Shown: positions 36,031-49,571 of the stretch, piece by piece
Numbering within the stretch: position 1 is the first letter of the stretch
Layout of the letters: each line of letters begins with the position of its first letter
NCBI RefSeq assembly: GCF_006345805.1
Contig: NC_043022.1
Coordinates: forward strand, 6,014,001-6,078,000
Origin: Octopus sinensis
Taxonomy: Eukaryota
Reading direction: 5' to 3'
DNA: 64,000 bases
Position numbers and translations under genes: made by a program
The notes under the pieces: generated by a model
The model's database searches: none
What the model was told of the DNA's origin: nothing
The model's input: the letters and a program-made list of their open reading frames with translations, nothing else

Positions 36031-37626
36031 TTGGGAGTGAAATTTGGTAAATGAAAACTGTATGTGGGTGTATTTTACATGGTTTTGACTCCAATGAGGT
36101 CACCAAGCAATTTGCAAGATGTACAGCTAAAACGGTGACACCTATATTTTATATGTTACTCACCTGTAACAGCATAATTAATTAAACTCATTAGTGGAAG
36201 AAATACTTTTACAAAGAAGATAAATGCTTTCTGAAATTTCTCCTGTGACCCTAATATATAAAACTAGGGTGGGGTTGTACACAGTTTTATTTTGGGGCTA
36301 TCAACTGGTACAGAGTTTTGAGACTTAACATGAAGGCAAATCTACTCACCATTTTTTAAAAATATTTTATTTTTATCAAATCTTCACCCCATTTTGGTTA
36401 ATTTTGGTTCAACCAAAACTAAGCGCATTTCTTTGTATCTCCAATATATATTGCAAGGTCAGCAGGACGGGATTGTCTATTTTTAGAATGACATTGTAGG
36501 GTAGGTGTGAGAGGCTGGATCTCTCTGGTTTCAACATAAAACAGGTAGGATATTTGAGCTAGTTATTGCCAGTTTAGATGCTAAAGGGTTAAAGTTGTTA
36601 TGCAAAATAATGGTTGAATATTTTAATTCCTGTGTAAGAGACTCTTTAAAACAGGTCGGTTTATATCAAAGAACTTTGAGACATTTTGTCAGACAAGTTA
36701 TTCTGAAATGAGTTAAAATGAACTCTGATCTCTAATGGCTTCTCTCTAACATTTCAAGAATAAGAATTGGTTTGATTGAAAATGGAGAGAATCTGTTTAA
36801 TGACCTGTGGCAGTAATATTTTAGTCTTCCTCTCCACAGCTGACCACCACCACCTCCTCTGCCATTTTACTGACTTTTAAATCGTTTTATCAATCGATAA
36901 TTCAATTTTATTTCTAATTTGTCACTTCCATTTTTCATTTTCACCATCTTGTTGGCTATATTTGTCTTTGATAATTCCTAGAAACGAATGCCACCAAGAA
37001 AACCTGTCTGATATAAAAGAAATACATTTAAATGCAAAATTTTCTTGCAACATTTATCCTCCTCGCCACCCCAACCTCTTTTTTATATTTAGCTACCAGC
37101 TGTATTGTTTGACTGACAAGGAGGATTCTACTTCAATAAACCAAAATATTTTCGGTTAGGTGTGGGAACAGGTCTAACTATACCCACCCCCACCCCTAGC
37201 TTACAGACTTTTTTTTCTTCTGAAACAAAAAAAAAAATAGAATGGTTTCTAGCTACTTTCTTCCATCGTTTGGAATAATTGCTAATTGGCCAACACAATA
37301 GAATTCAAAAGATGCCAGAGAATCTAGTTTCTTCTTCAGTTCATCTAAATTATTACTACAATGTGTAACTCACAACTTCCTAGTTGCTATTTTTGTGGTG
37401 AGTGGCAAGGGAGGAGTGGTGGAGTCGCCTGTTTGTTGGTGGTTGTTCCACTCCTTCTCAACGTGAATTCTTCTGGGTATAACATCCCTTCTTCATACCA
37501 TTTCCTTCTCCTTTGCTTATTCACCTCTGATCTCCTATTTCTTCATCATTTTCTTTATCATTTTTCTTTTCCACTTATTTTGCTGTATTTTTTTTATTTT
37601 TCTTGAGATAAAAATCTATAATTCCA

Positions 37627-37669
<43 letters not shown>

Positions 37670-37712
37670 CATTATTTAGTAAATCTGACACAATTATTTC
37701 TCTTCCTCTCAG

Positions 37713-37785
37713 AACCTTCCCCTGTATTTCTTGTAATAAATGCTAGCATTTCATTTTTGGTGGGATTTCCTGCCAAGTTTTTGAG
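37713..37785 (+). other. Candidate 73-nt exon (coding status unclear)
   Basis: ctgac branch + tttctcttcctctcAG acceptor and GAG|GTGAGT donor; one frame open (phase 1 to 2: xPSPVFLVINASISFLVGFPAKFL). Confidence 0.35.
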
Positions 37786-40096
37786 GTGAGTAAATGATAC
37801 GTAGACTGACTTAGATACACAGAGATGATGATTAGGAAAACGAGGGAGGGAGGGAGAGCGAAGAGGATTGACGGTTATTTAGTACGCTATTAGCATTAGT
37901 AACCCTCTTAGTAACCTCAATGTTACTCTCCTCCCAAACAAGGTAAACTTATTCTTTCATTACCTTGGTCTATTGGTCCAGCTGTACTAGCGGATATATT
38001 TATGTGTGTGTGTCTGTATTTGCTCCTTGCCATCACTTGACGACCGATGTTGGTGTGTTTGTGTCCCCATAATCTAGCGGTTCAGCAAAAGAGACTGATA
38101 GAATAAAACTAACAGGCTTACAAAGAATAAGTCTTGGGGGTCAATTTCTTCGACTGAAACCCTTAAAAGTGATGCTCCAGCATGGCTACAGTCACATGAC
38201 TGAAAGCAGTAAAAGAATAAAAGAAAAGCCTGATCATAGAGCAAGGGGCTGTGTCCCTTGTCCTCACAGACCCTCTGTGGTCACAACAACGTGTGCTATA
38301 TTTCAAAGACCTCTAATCAGCATTTAGAAGACCTTGCTTTGTATGAATATATCCTTATCTTTTGAAAAAGCCTTCCTGGGCCCAGTTTCCCAACAACACT
38401 AAGTACATTTAGAAATGTGGTGCCATCTATGTAATAGTGGTACTCTACTAAACAGAGTACCAAAGCTTAGCTGCCGTCTGTCTTCTGTGTCCTAAAACAG
38501 TGATTAGTCTAGGGGTAGTGATTATTGTATGAAGACTCCTGTTGTGTACTCCCTTAAGAGTACACAAATATTCCCTAAGGAGTACACAAGTACTCCCTAA
38601 GGAGTACACAGTTATTCAGGAAGACAAACTGGCTAAAATATGTCAGAAACAGAGAAATAAAAGATTGTTATTAAAGGAATGGAGAGAACATGGAGTTGTG
38701 TTGTTTTTGTTGAATAAGTTCATCCCCCTCCTGGGGCAGTTAATTTGTGATTATTTACTGTTTGATAGACCAAGGGAAGGAAATTCAGTGGGGCCACTCT
38801 GTGAGAAATAGCAGATAAATTGCCTCAAATCACATCTTGCTATCTTTAAAAAAATAGACAAAAAAGACATTGGATAATGTTGTCCGAGATAAACGGTGCC
38901 AGAAAAGATGGCCTGAGATGGAACGCCTTTGGTCATAGATCTGCTCAGTCTTGTCAGACCTAGGGCTAAACAACCGCAACTTTAAGAACAACAACAACAG
39001 CTGCTAATTATGTAATCAAGCTGTAGAGGTTTCTAATTAGTGATGTGAACCTTGGTATGATTTGAACCCTGTTAGACAGGAGTCTAGTGTAAACATTGAA
39101 GTGTGTCTACATTCTTGTCTGTGCCGCCTCCACCGTCTCCCTTCTCAAGCTGCAGCAGTGAATGTGCGTTACTTCCAGTCAAGTATTTCGCTTAAGTATC
39201 TCATATCAAATTAGTTGCTCATCTTAGTAGAACCAATTATTCAGGTTCTAGGACAGTTTGTTTTGAAATTTCACACTGCTCTGCTACTAATGGTAAACCA
39301 GATGCAATTTGTGGGATATTATTATGAAGGAGAGAGAGAGAGAGAGAGCATCTTACAGGTAATATTACTATTTGACAGAATTTCTAATAACAATAACATA
39401 CCAGTGGTATCAATTTTCTAAAAGATATTTGAATGCCTGGCGTTGTGCTGGGCCAAATAAAATAGAGCTATCATTTAAAAAAAAAAAAGCTCATAGCTAG
39501 CAATGGAATCTAAACTAGAAATAACTCCCTTAGCCAAGAAAAGGGTTTATTTTACATAAGCAGTTCATCAGACATTTTAAAAGGGACAAGTATGATTGAC
39601 TGAATTGACCCCCAATATCTTACCGGTAGTTGTTTGTTTTTGCTTTATGTCTGTTTTCCCATGTTAGCATGGGTTAGATGGATGCATGTTCTTGGAATGT
39701 TGTTTTGTAGTCAGATGCCCTTCCTGCTGCTAAGAAATTCTAATTTTAGTGTGTATCTTTTGAAACATTAGTTTTTGTGTTATGGAAGTAGAGGTGGTCA
39801 TGGATGGGTTGACAGTAAAAGGGTTAAGAGATGAAAATCAAATTGGAAGGTAAAGATTCATGGAATGATGAGTGACAAAGAATGATGAAAGACTAATAAT
39901 AAATATGACTAAAGACTAAAGTTAAAGAAGGAATAGAGAATTGAAAGAAAAGTATCACGTGGGAGTTTTGCATAGTTTGTAGGAAAAGAATTGGTAAACA
40001 GACAGTGTTGTGTGTGTAGGACAGGAAATGGGCACAGAGAGATGTTGTGGACCTGGGTCCATGTTGTGGGGTTGGACTCTGACAGATCAACTAGAG

Positions 40097-40453
40097 CAGG
40101 CTGGCCAACTCAAATTACATTACAGGCAACTTTAATCACTGATTTTTTTAAGGGCCGCCTGTATACTGACAGAATTGAAAGCATTTTGCTTTCTCATGCT
40201 AATTATTACAATAATGAATGAATGATCATTGATTGATTCAACAGGAAATATTATCTTTGCAAAAAACAGTAGTAGCTTTCTTTTTTTACTTTTCATTACA
40301 ATCTTTAATTTTTAATAAGATTTTTAAAATGTTTGTTTAAATAAACCCATTTTAAGAAAGTATCAAGCAGGCTGCAAGATAAAGGTCTGTGTGCCGCAAG
40401 ATAAAAGTCTGTGTGCCGCATGTGGCCTGCGGGCCTCAGGTTGGCCATCCCTG
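40097..40453. mobile_element. hAT-type MITE
   Basis: TIRs caggctggccaac / gttggccatccctg; 8-bp flanks aactagag and ggctagag (6/8 match), as expected for an aged hAT TSD. Confidence 0.75.
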
Positions 40454-41357
40454 GGCTAGAGTCTAGGACATGAGTTGTATTTGACATGGATGAACGGTTG
40501 ACAGTCATTATAGGTTGAACTGAATGTCATAGGCTTGTTAGATGGTTTACAGTAGATGTGTTCTGTTAATTCAATGTTGTAATTATCATTACATCATGTT
40601 TTTAATTAAGGGGACGTCCATTGGATAAGGTGGACTATGCATCTGGGGGAAAGGCTGTTTTGAAGAAGACTGACACTTTCCCCCCTCGTGGTAGGTCACC
40701 TGCTTCTCTCTCTACATCACCAGTATTTATCCAAGGGAAATGCTACCTGATCTAATATATTTTAGTTTTATTATCATTGCCAACTTTGCTCTCAGAACAC
40801 AAGACAACTAGAAGAGATATTCTCAAGGGTATCTCACCTGACCCTTTAACAGTTCTACCAATCCACTACTCTGGGGTGGTACTTTGTTATCAGCCCTTAA
40901 AGAATGGAAAGCAAAATTGACTCTGGAAACATTTGAACTCAGAGCACAGTCAATTGGAATGACCCAAGGCATTCATTCTACTGCCCTAATGACTCTGCCA
41001 ATTAACTGCCTTCATTTTTAATTAAATCCTGGAGTTGTCTCTCCTACCTTTCATGACCAGACTTAGCGAGGTACAGGATGACTGATTGTTCTCGTTATGG
41101 GTGTAGTTTTAATTAAAAACCCTTTGGTTCATTCCATTTAGTTAAGGTAACATCCTCTACTCATTAGGATTTGGTTTGCATTGAGGGAAACTATAAACCT
41201 AGGTGTAAGTATGACCATGAGGTTAAAGACTTTGGTCCACAATCATGCAGTTTTAAGTTCAGTTCCATTCTGTGGCACTTTTGGTTTTTTAATATTAGAT
41301 TGACTAATGAATTGTTAATGGGATTTGGTGGAGAAAAGTTGTGCAGAAGAAGATGCC

Positions 41358-41443
<86 letters not shown>

Positions 41444-43439
41444 GCTATTAAAGAAACTACAGAATGGTCATGGTTAGAATTCCTATGATCAAAGACTGTT
41501 CAGTCAGTACTAACCCGGGGTTAAACAGCACCAGAAATCGCTCCAAAGGATCACATTATAAAATATCATTTATGTAGATTTCAAGGGTCCACCCCATCAT
41601 CCGATGGTTAACATAATAATTACATAAGTTGGTGATACCAAAATAAACAAAAGATAAAGAGATCTAGAACTTTCTGCCGATTATCTTTCAGAGAAGTTGT
41701 TTATTTTTAATCAGCTACTTCACTTGGCTTTGCTCTCGGTTCGTAAAGTTTCAATTTTAGGCTCAGCCTCTGCCTTTCCAGATAAAAATGGCTTGTCGTT
41801 TCTAAAAGAGTAGTTAAGGAACAGTGCTTTGATATTTTAGCTTCATAATTCTAGATATACGAGCACCCGAGGTGTGTATCAATTTAAGCTTGCCATGGTT
41901 TTTATTTCGTCGGAGGTTATATTTTAAGCGAGTATCTTTTATGGAGAGGAATGTAAGGTAACAATGTTATTTTCTGCAACATTATATCTTTGTGCCGAAA
42001 ATATTTCTTATGAAAATAAATAAATATATGAATACTAAATACTACCACCTCTACTACTACTACTACTATTATTACTACTACTACAAAATAAGAAAAATAA
42101 AGATGTCGCAAATGGGATAAAATTTACTTTTTTTTTTTACACCTCCAAGATAGTTTTTTGTATTTTTAGGGTAAAGAAGAAAAATGGGGAGATTGCTTTA
42201 GGGGTAAGGGAGTAGTTGTAAGATAGGTTTATATATTCCTGATTTAAGAAATACCAACTTGTAAAGATTAATGGAATCTGTCACTGATAGTTGGATGTTC
42301 TAATAATTTCTGGATGGGTGACCACATAATTTCTGGATGGATGGTCACCTATTTCTAGATGTATGATTAAGTATTTTTGGAAGAGCGGTCATCTATTTTT
42401 AGGTAGGGATCTTATCAATTGCTAGATATGTAATCAAGTATTTCAAGATGGGTGCTCAAGGGTTTCAGGAGGGGTGGTCTCTTTTTTGTTCATTTGTTTT
42501 ACTTCTCTTTAACCATGCTGGTATGGGTTTGAGGAATATGCCACTGTGGCACTGTTCTATAGCCAGATGCCCTTCTTTCCTGTAACTAACCAATACCTGT
42601 TTTTCCAAATAAGGGATCTCTTATTCCACCTAGCTTCAGAGACATGAAGCAAATGGAACATTTATTGACAAGAGAAATACCAACAGGACATGGAATTTTT
42701 TTGGTTGCTGTCACAGATTTTGTATTTTTTCAATTTTATTTTAATTGTTTTCAAATTTGCTTATACCAATTAAGTTTTGTTTGCTAATTATGAAAATGAA
42801 ATTCCTTGTTTTCATAAGTTAATAAAAAGTTTCATAGCTTTTAAAGTTTGTAAATTTCAGGTGATTTTAGCCAATCAGAAGCCACCATTTTATACACATG
42901 ACTGTAAACCTCACATTGGTGTTGGTTTCCATAGTAACAAGCAAGGCTGTAGTCATCCTTATTTTCATTGTATCGAAGATGCTGTACTGCACAGCTCTGA
43001 CACTTCCCACCACGACCACCTCCACAAATTATCATTTTGGTGCCTGTGTTATTTCTGCCCATCATTTTGTGAGCAGATGGCTATCATGCAGAAAATGTGA
43101 AGCTCCAGGTTCTTGTTTTCTGAATAAACTAAAAACAATCAAACTTTGAACCTCCATAGCACTTTTCTAAACCCTTTTTTTTTTTTTTTTATCAATATAC
43201 AAAACTTGAAGATTTTTATTTGATTTAAAAATTTCCTAATCTGTGGCTGCAACCGAAAAGATCGCAGAACATTACATGCTTGTTGTGACTTTTGAGTAGC
43301 TGTCTGATAAGAAGCTTGCTTCCCAACCATGTGGTTCCAGGTTCAGTCCCACTGTGTGCCCACTTCCATCACTTGACAACTGATGCTGGTGTGTTCTATG
43401 ATTTGGTCAAGTGTTTCTAATCTTTGATAGCCTGACTTA

Positions 43440-43638
43440 TAAGGTGACGAGCTGGTAGAATCATTAGCATGCCAGGCTAAATGCTTGGCGGTGTTTCACC
43501 TGTCACTAAATTCGGTCATGGTTGACTTTGCCTTTCATCCTTTCAGGGTCAATAAATTAAGTACCAGTGAGACACTAGGATCAATCTAATTGACTAGTCC
43601 CCTCTCCCCAAATTTCAGGCCTTGTGCCTTTAGTAGAA

Positions 43639-43673
<35 letters not shown>

Positions 43674-43885
43674 AGTGAACTCATAGAATGGCTAGAACTC
43701 CAGGCAAAATGCTTAGCGGCATTTCGTCCATTTTTACATTCTGGGTTCAAATTTCACCAATGTCGACTTTGCCTTTCATCCTTTCAGCTTCAAAGAAATA
43801 AGAACCAGTTTAGCCCTGGGGTCAATGTAATCAACTTTCTACCTCTTCCACCAAAATTTCAGGCCTTCTCCCTTTAGTAGGAAGG
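43440..43885 (+). mobile_element. Two diverged S2 SINE copies around a (TAT)n tract
   Basis: aaggtgacgagctggtagaatc...gactttgcctttcatcctttcagg, present twice. Confidence 0.82.
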
Positions 43886-44336
43886 ATAAATTACATTTAG
43901 TTATTATTTTTAAATATCTTCCAGAAAGACAAAAAATGTCCTGCTTTTACTAATTGCTGCTCTCAATATAGTCCTTAGATTAGATTAGTTCGTTTCTGGC
44001 ACATTTAAGACTTTTTCACTTTTTTATGGAAGGACTTTTTTTTTAATATGTAGTTTTCTTCATATCTTATCATATCTTGATATTTAATATGTCATTCCAT
44101 CATAGTCCCCCACTCAGCCAAAAGCCATTTACTTAATCAGTTCCATGGCTATCGCGTAAATACCAACTCCCATTTCTGATAACCAGGATTTTGTCCTCTC
44201 CATCTTGTTTGCTTGCAACAAATTTATAATTAACTCCTTCTTTCCAAATTGCAACACGTTTGCAGTACTTTTCGTAACAACAGACACACACATACACACA
44301 CACACACATATTTATTTTTATATATATATATATATA

Positions 44337-44728
44337 GACGCAGGAGTGGCTGTGTGGTAAGTAGCTTGCTTGCCAACCACATGGTTCCGGGTTCAGTCCC
44401 ACTGCGTGGCACCTTGGGCAAGTGTCTTCTACTATAGCCTCGGGCTGACCAAAGCCTTGTGAGTGGATTTGGTAGACGGAAACTGAAAGAAGCCCGTCGT
44501 ATATATGCATATATATATATATATGTGTGTCTGTGTTTGTCCCCCTAGCATTGCTTGACAACTGATGCTGGTGTGTTTATGTCCCCGTCACTTAGCGGTT
44601 CGGCAAAAGAGACCGATAGAATAAGTACTGGGCTTACAATGAATAAGTCCCGGGGTCGATTTGCTCGACTAAAGGCGGTGCTCCAGCATGGCCGCAGTCA
44701 AATGACTGAAACAAGTAAAAGAGTAAAG
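44337..44728 (+). mobile_element. SINE family S1, full length (reference copy)
   Basis: Head gacgcaggagtggctgtgtggtaag...gggttcagtccc, CORE-like ccttgggcaagtgtctt, internal (TA)n(TG)n, tail gtaaaagagtaaag. Confidence 0.96.
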
Positions 44729-45593
44729 ATATATATATATATATATATATTTAGATAGATGTATGTATAGATATATACATATATATGAACCATATGTAGC
44801 ATCATATTATTTTCCGTTTCTGCAGATTGCAAAACCCTCGTTATTAACACTAACGGCCGACGTTAAATTGTGAAACTTCAAACCCACTTTCATACGCATC
44901 TCATCAACAATACACTGCTAAACTCATTAGATTCTCACCTATTACGGTAACCACGTGTGTGTGTGTGTGTGTGTATTGTATATCCCAGATTACATCACAA
45001 AGACTGGGTTTTATTTTTACAACCCAAAATGCTTTAGTCCCAAACCTTAATAAATAGCCCCAGATAGACTTTGTTGTACAATAACTGTTCACACAGCTGG
45101 AATCGTAGATAACCTATCGTATATACTATACACTTAGACGTATTATATACACCTATCATATATACACGCAGACATGTTGCATATGCCTGCCACATATGCA
45201 CATACAGTCATGCTGTGTACATTTATCATATACACACATACTGGCATATTATATATACACCTATCATATATACACACAGACATTGTATACACCTATCATA
45301 TGTACATGTAGACATATATACACTCATTATATATACACACATGTATAGTATACACCTATCATATATAGACATATCATATACGCCTATTATATATATATAC
45401 ATACACACACACACATATATATATACACACACACACACACATATATACATACACACACACACATATATATACATACATACACACACACATATATATACAT
45501 ACACACACACACATATATACATACACACACACACATATATATATACATACACACACACACACATATATATATACATACACACACACACATACA

Positions 45594-45624
<31 letters not shown>

Positions 45625-46546
45625 TTGTAGATTGATGTTAATCAAGGCAGCAAACCTGAAACGTAACCATTCTGTTGCCGGTTCCACTCTCAAAGATGTG
45701 TCAATTCTCTGTCTTTTTCTGCATCTTGCTGCTAAAATGTCTTTTGTGCTTCTCATCTCTCGTTCGTTCTACACCTTTTGCCATTTAAACCCGTTCTGTC
45801 TGTTTGTTTTTCCATCACCCTTGTCTTCTCCTGCCCCTATCCACTCTCCCTCTCTTGAACACCAAACGCAGTTTATTTCCTCCGCAACTGTTTCATGTTA
45901 GAAATACCCACATCTCACTCACTCTCTCTCTCTCTCTCTCTCTCCCCCTCTCTCTCTCCCCCTCTCTCTCTCTCTCTCTCTCTCTCAATATATATATCAC
46001 ACACACACACTCTCTCTCCCCCCCTTTCTCTCCCCCCCTTTCTCTCCCCCCTCTCTCTCTCTCAATATATATATCACACTCACTCACTCTCTCCCCCCTC
46101 TCTCTCTCTCACTCTCTCTCTCTCTCTCTCTCTCAATATATATATACCACACACACACACACGTGTGCCAACTCTTGCAGTATGAACTAACTTCAATCCG
46201 TCGTTTGCCTCTGAGAACAATCTGAAGCAGCCATGGCCTATACCAGCCTTCATTTGCAATAATAGAACACCAAAGTGGTTGCCAGAAAGAGCAGTCAAAT
46301 CTCCTGCAAATCCCATCCTGATGAACCCTCTAACTGAAAAGTTGGGGTGATCGTGGCTGGAATGCTACCTTTTGATCATGGGTCTGCTCAGTTAGAGTTG
46401 GTGGGGGGTTAAACAACAACAACAACGACCTCAGAAGGCAAAATACCCTCCAACTCTCGACTCTCCTAGTTTTTACTAATCTGTCAGACGAAATGTCTCT
46501 TTAGTCACATCGTTTTGAATTAATCATGCAGTATCTCACAGCTTTG

Positions 46547-47282
46547 TGAAGGCACATGGCTCAGTGGTTAAAGCATCAGGCTCACAACCATGAAGTAGTG
46601 AGTTCGATTCCCAGTCTGGGCTGCATGTTGTGTTCTTGAGCAAGACACTTTATTTCACGTTGCTCCAGTTTACTCAGCTGTAGAAATGAGTTTTGATGTC
46701 ACTGGTGCCAAGCTGTATCGGCCCCTTTGCCTTTCCCTTGGGTAACATCAGTGGCATGGAGAGGAGAGGCTGGTATGCATGGGCAACTGCTGGTCTTCCA
46801 TAAACAACTTTGCCCAGACTTGTGCCATGGAGGGGAACTTTCTAGGTGTGGATGGAAGCTCTCCGTCGGTTACTACGACGAGGGTTCCGGTTGATCCGAA
46901 TCAACGGAACAGCCTGCTCGTGAAATTAACATGTAAGTGGCTGAGCACTCCACAGACACGTGTACCCTTAACGTAGTTTTCGGGGATATTCAGCGTGACA
47001 CAGATAGTGACAAGGCCGTCCTCTTGAAATACAGGTACAACAGAAACAGGAAGTAAGAGTGAGAGAAAGTTGTGGTGAAAGAGTACAGCAGGGATCACCA
47101 CCATCCCCTGCCGGAGCCTCGTGGAACTTTTAAGTGTTTTCGCTCTATAAACACTCACAACGCCCGGTCTGGGAATCGAAACCGCGATCCTATGACCGCG
47201 AGTCCGCTGCCCTAACCACTGGGCCATTGCGCCTCCACTTTCTAGGTGTAATCTCATGGTCAGTCATGACCGAAGGGGGTCT
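46547..47282 (+). mobile_element. CORE-like SINE interrupted by a nested S3 SINE
   Basis: 46547-46849 plus 47250-47282 reconstitute the 29365 element. Confidence 0.88.
46850..47236 (-). mobile_element. SINE family S3, full length, nested, 13-bp TSD
   Basis: TSD actttctaggtgt at 46837-46849 and 47237-47249; minus-strand head gtggaggcgcaatggcccagtggttaggg...tcgattcccagacc. Confidence 0.95.
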
Positions 47283-47414
47283 AAGCATTATGCCCGGCAT
47301 GCTAACGATTCTGCCAGCTTGCCACCTTCTGAGATGGGGCATAATAATATAGGTATTGTAAGGTTAAAACATCTTCTTCCGGGATTAGTAGAACACATTT
47401 TATATTTTCAAAAG

Positions 47415-47778
47415 GCATGGCTGTGTGGTAACAAGCTTGCTTCCCAACCACATGGCACCTTGAACAAGTGTCTTCTACTATAGGCTCACGCCAACCTGAT
47501 TTAGTAGACGGACACTGAAAGAAGCCCATCATATACATGTATATATCTGTGTGTGTGTGTGTGCATATGTATCGGAGTGTGTCTGTTTGACCTCCCATCA
47601 CTGCTTGACAATAAGTGTTGGTGTGTTTATGTACTTGTAACCTAGCAGTTTGACAGAAGAAACCAATAAAATAAGTACTTAGCTTAAAAACCAAGTCCTG
47701 GGTTCGATTTGCTTGACTAAAACCCTTCAAGCCAGTGCTCCAGAATGGCCACAGTCAACTGACTAAAACAAGTAAATG
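47415..47778 (+). mobile_element. SINE family S1 with internal deletion
   Basis: ggcatggctgtgtggtaac...gactaaaacaagtaaa. Confidence 0.87.
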
Positions 47779-48680
47779 ATTACTGTGGCATAATGACTGT
47801 ATCGTTTCAAACCTAATTTCTTGTTAAAGTTCTTCCAACCCCCATCTTTGTTGCTGAAAATGATGGAATCTCTTCCAACATCAACTGAGAAAAATGCATC
47901 ATTAATTCCCAGAGGATGAACTAATTTTTTTTTATATTGCAATTTGATATATTGGTATTTGATTGATGATCACGCTTATGTGCACTCTGTGGCCATTAAG
48001 GCTTCTACCCACCATTCCTCAGAGATTTCTGCTCTGAAAGTATATTTTTCCCAGCAACATGCTTCCTTATGCTTCATCTGCCATATATACATGTCCATGT
48101 TAACCATTAATTTACACCAGAATCTCAGAATTATATTTTCCTTTTAACTGTATTTCCTAACAAAATTGAATAAAATACTTGCAACACTTTCGTGTCGAGA
48201 ATATAAATTCTTCAAATACGTACATCGCTTATTATATTTATTTATACATCTAAGAACAGGGTGGAGATGATCTTAATAAGTTTTCTGTTAATTACTTAAA
48301 ATTTTAATTTAATTTGGAGCATTGTTAAAGTACCATCTTACTATTAATTTAGTTTTGAAACAGCGACAGTTCTTTTCTTTAAGAATTCGTTTTTCTTTTT
48401 CTTCTTCTTCTGTTTCTTTCTTTCTTTCATTCATTTCATTCATTCATATTCTACTGCATTTCATTTGCACTTTTCTTGAATTTCTTCGTCTTGAAGCAGT
48501 GTCATCTCCACCCATCCTTTACCCCGCCACCTATCCCTCCCCCTCGTCACCTCATTCAGTCCAACTCTTCATCTTTATTTCCCTCCGAATTCTCATCTTT
48601 TCTGATTAGACTTAATTGGTTTTTAATGTTATCCGATTTTATATCATTTCGTTTGAGATGTTCTTTAGAATTAATCTAAG

Positions 48681-48859
48681 GAGATTACGAGCGACTGATA
48701 CCAATAGCCCTGCCGGAGGCTGCTGGCATTAACCATCGGCACGGGTGTTATTATTTCTCTTCGGTTCTATCACTATCGGCTGTTAAGTTATTAGAAACAT
48801 GTGTTACTGGCAAACTCGACCAAAAATTCTTTCTCGAGTTTCAATTGCTCGACCAGTAA
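48681..48859 (+). CDS. Candidate phase-1 exon C: xDYERLIPIALPEAAGINHRHGCYYFSSVLSLSAVKLLETCVTGKLDQKFFLEFQLLDQ*
   Basis: Frame opens exactly at ctaAG|GA (in-frame TAA just upstream); alternative in-phase acceptor at 48707; PE-x7-HGC with RHGCY shared with exon B; possible donor CCA|GTAAAT at 48856. Confidence 0.35.
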
Positions 48860-49052
48860 ATAAGAACTAATTTCAACAAAGTGCTACATGCGTGTGTATG
48901 CATGTATATATATATATACATACATATCTGTGTGTGTGTGTATGTCATATGTCTGTATGTATGCATTGAATATTTCTATGTAATATATGTATGTGTGTGT
49001 TTGTGTGTGTATATATATATATACATGAAATGTATACAGATATGTATTAAAA

Positions 49053-49091
<39 letters not shown>

Positions 49092-49571
49092 TGTATGTAT
49101 TAAATATATGTATATATGTGTGTATGTAATGTGTATATATATATATATATATATCATCATCATCGTTTAACGTCCGCTTTCCATGCTAGCATGGATATAT
49201 ATATGTATGTATTAAATCTGTGTGTGTGTGTACATAATATATATACATGCAACACATATACATTTCTTTTACCCTTTATACATTCTACGAGTGGTAGAAG
49301 TTCATTTAAATTGACATATATACAGGCAAAACGTTGCTGTACATGTTATTACTGGATAAAGTAGTTTTCTGTGTCTCTGGGGTACAGGAGACGGCCAATA
49401 ACTGGGACCAGGTTACATTAGTCATACCCAACGACTACTAACTCTAAACCTCTAATCTTCCAACTGCTGTTATAAACAATTACCACAGCTCAACAGGCCA
49501 TTCTTTGACTTAAAGTGCTCCATTCAAATGGAAACGGACTGGAGTTGAATAGGGATATATACTTTCAATAA

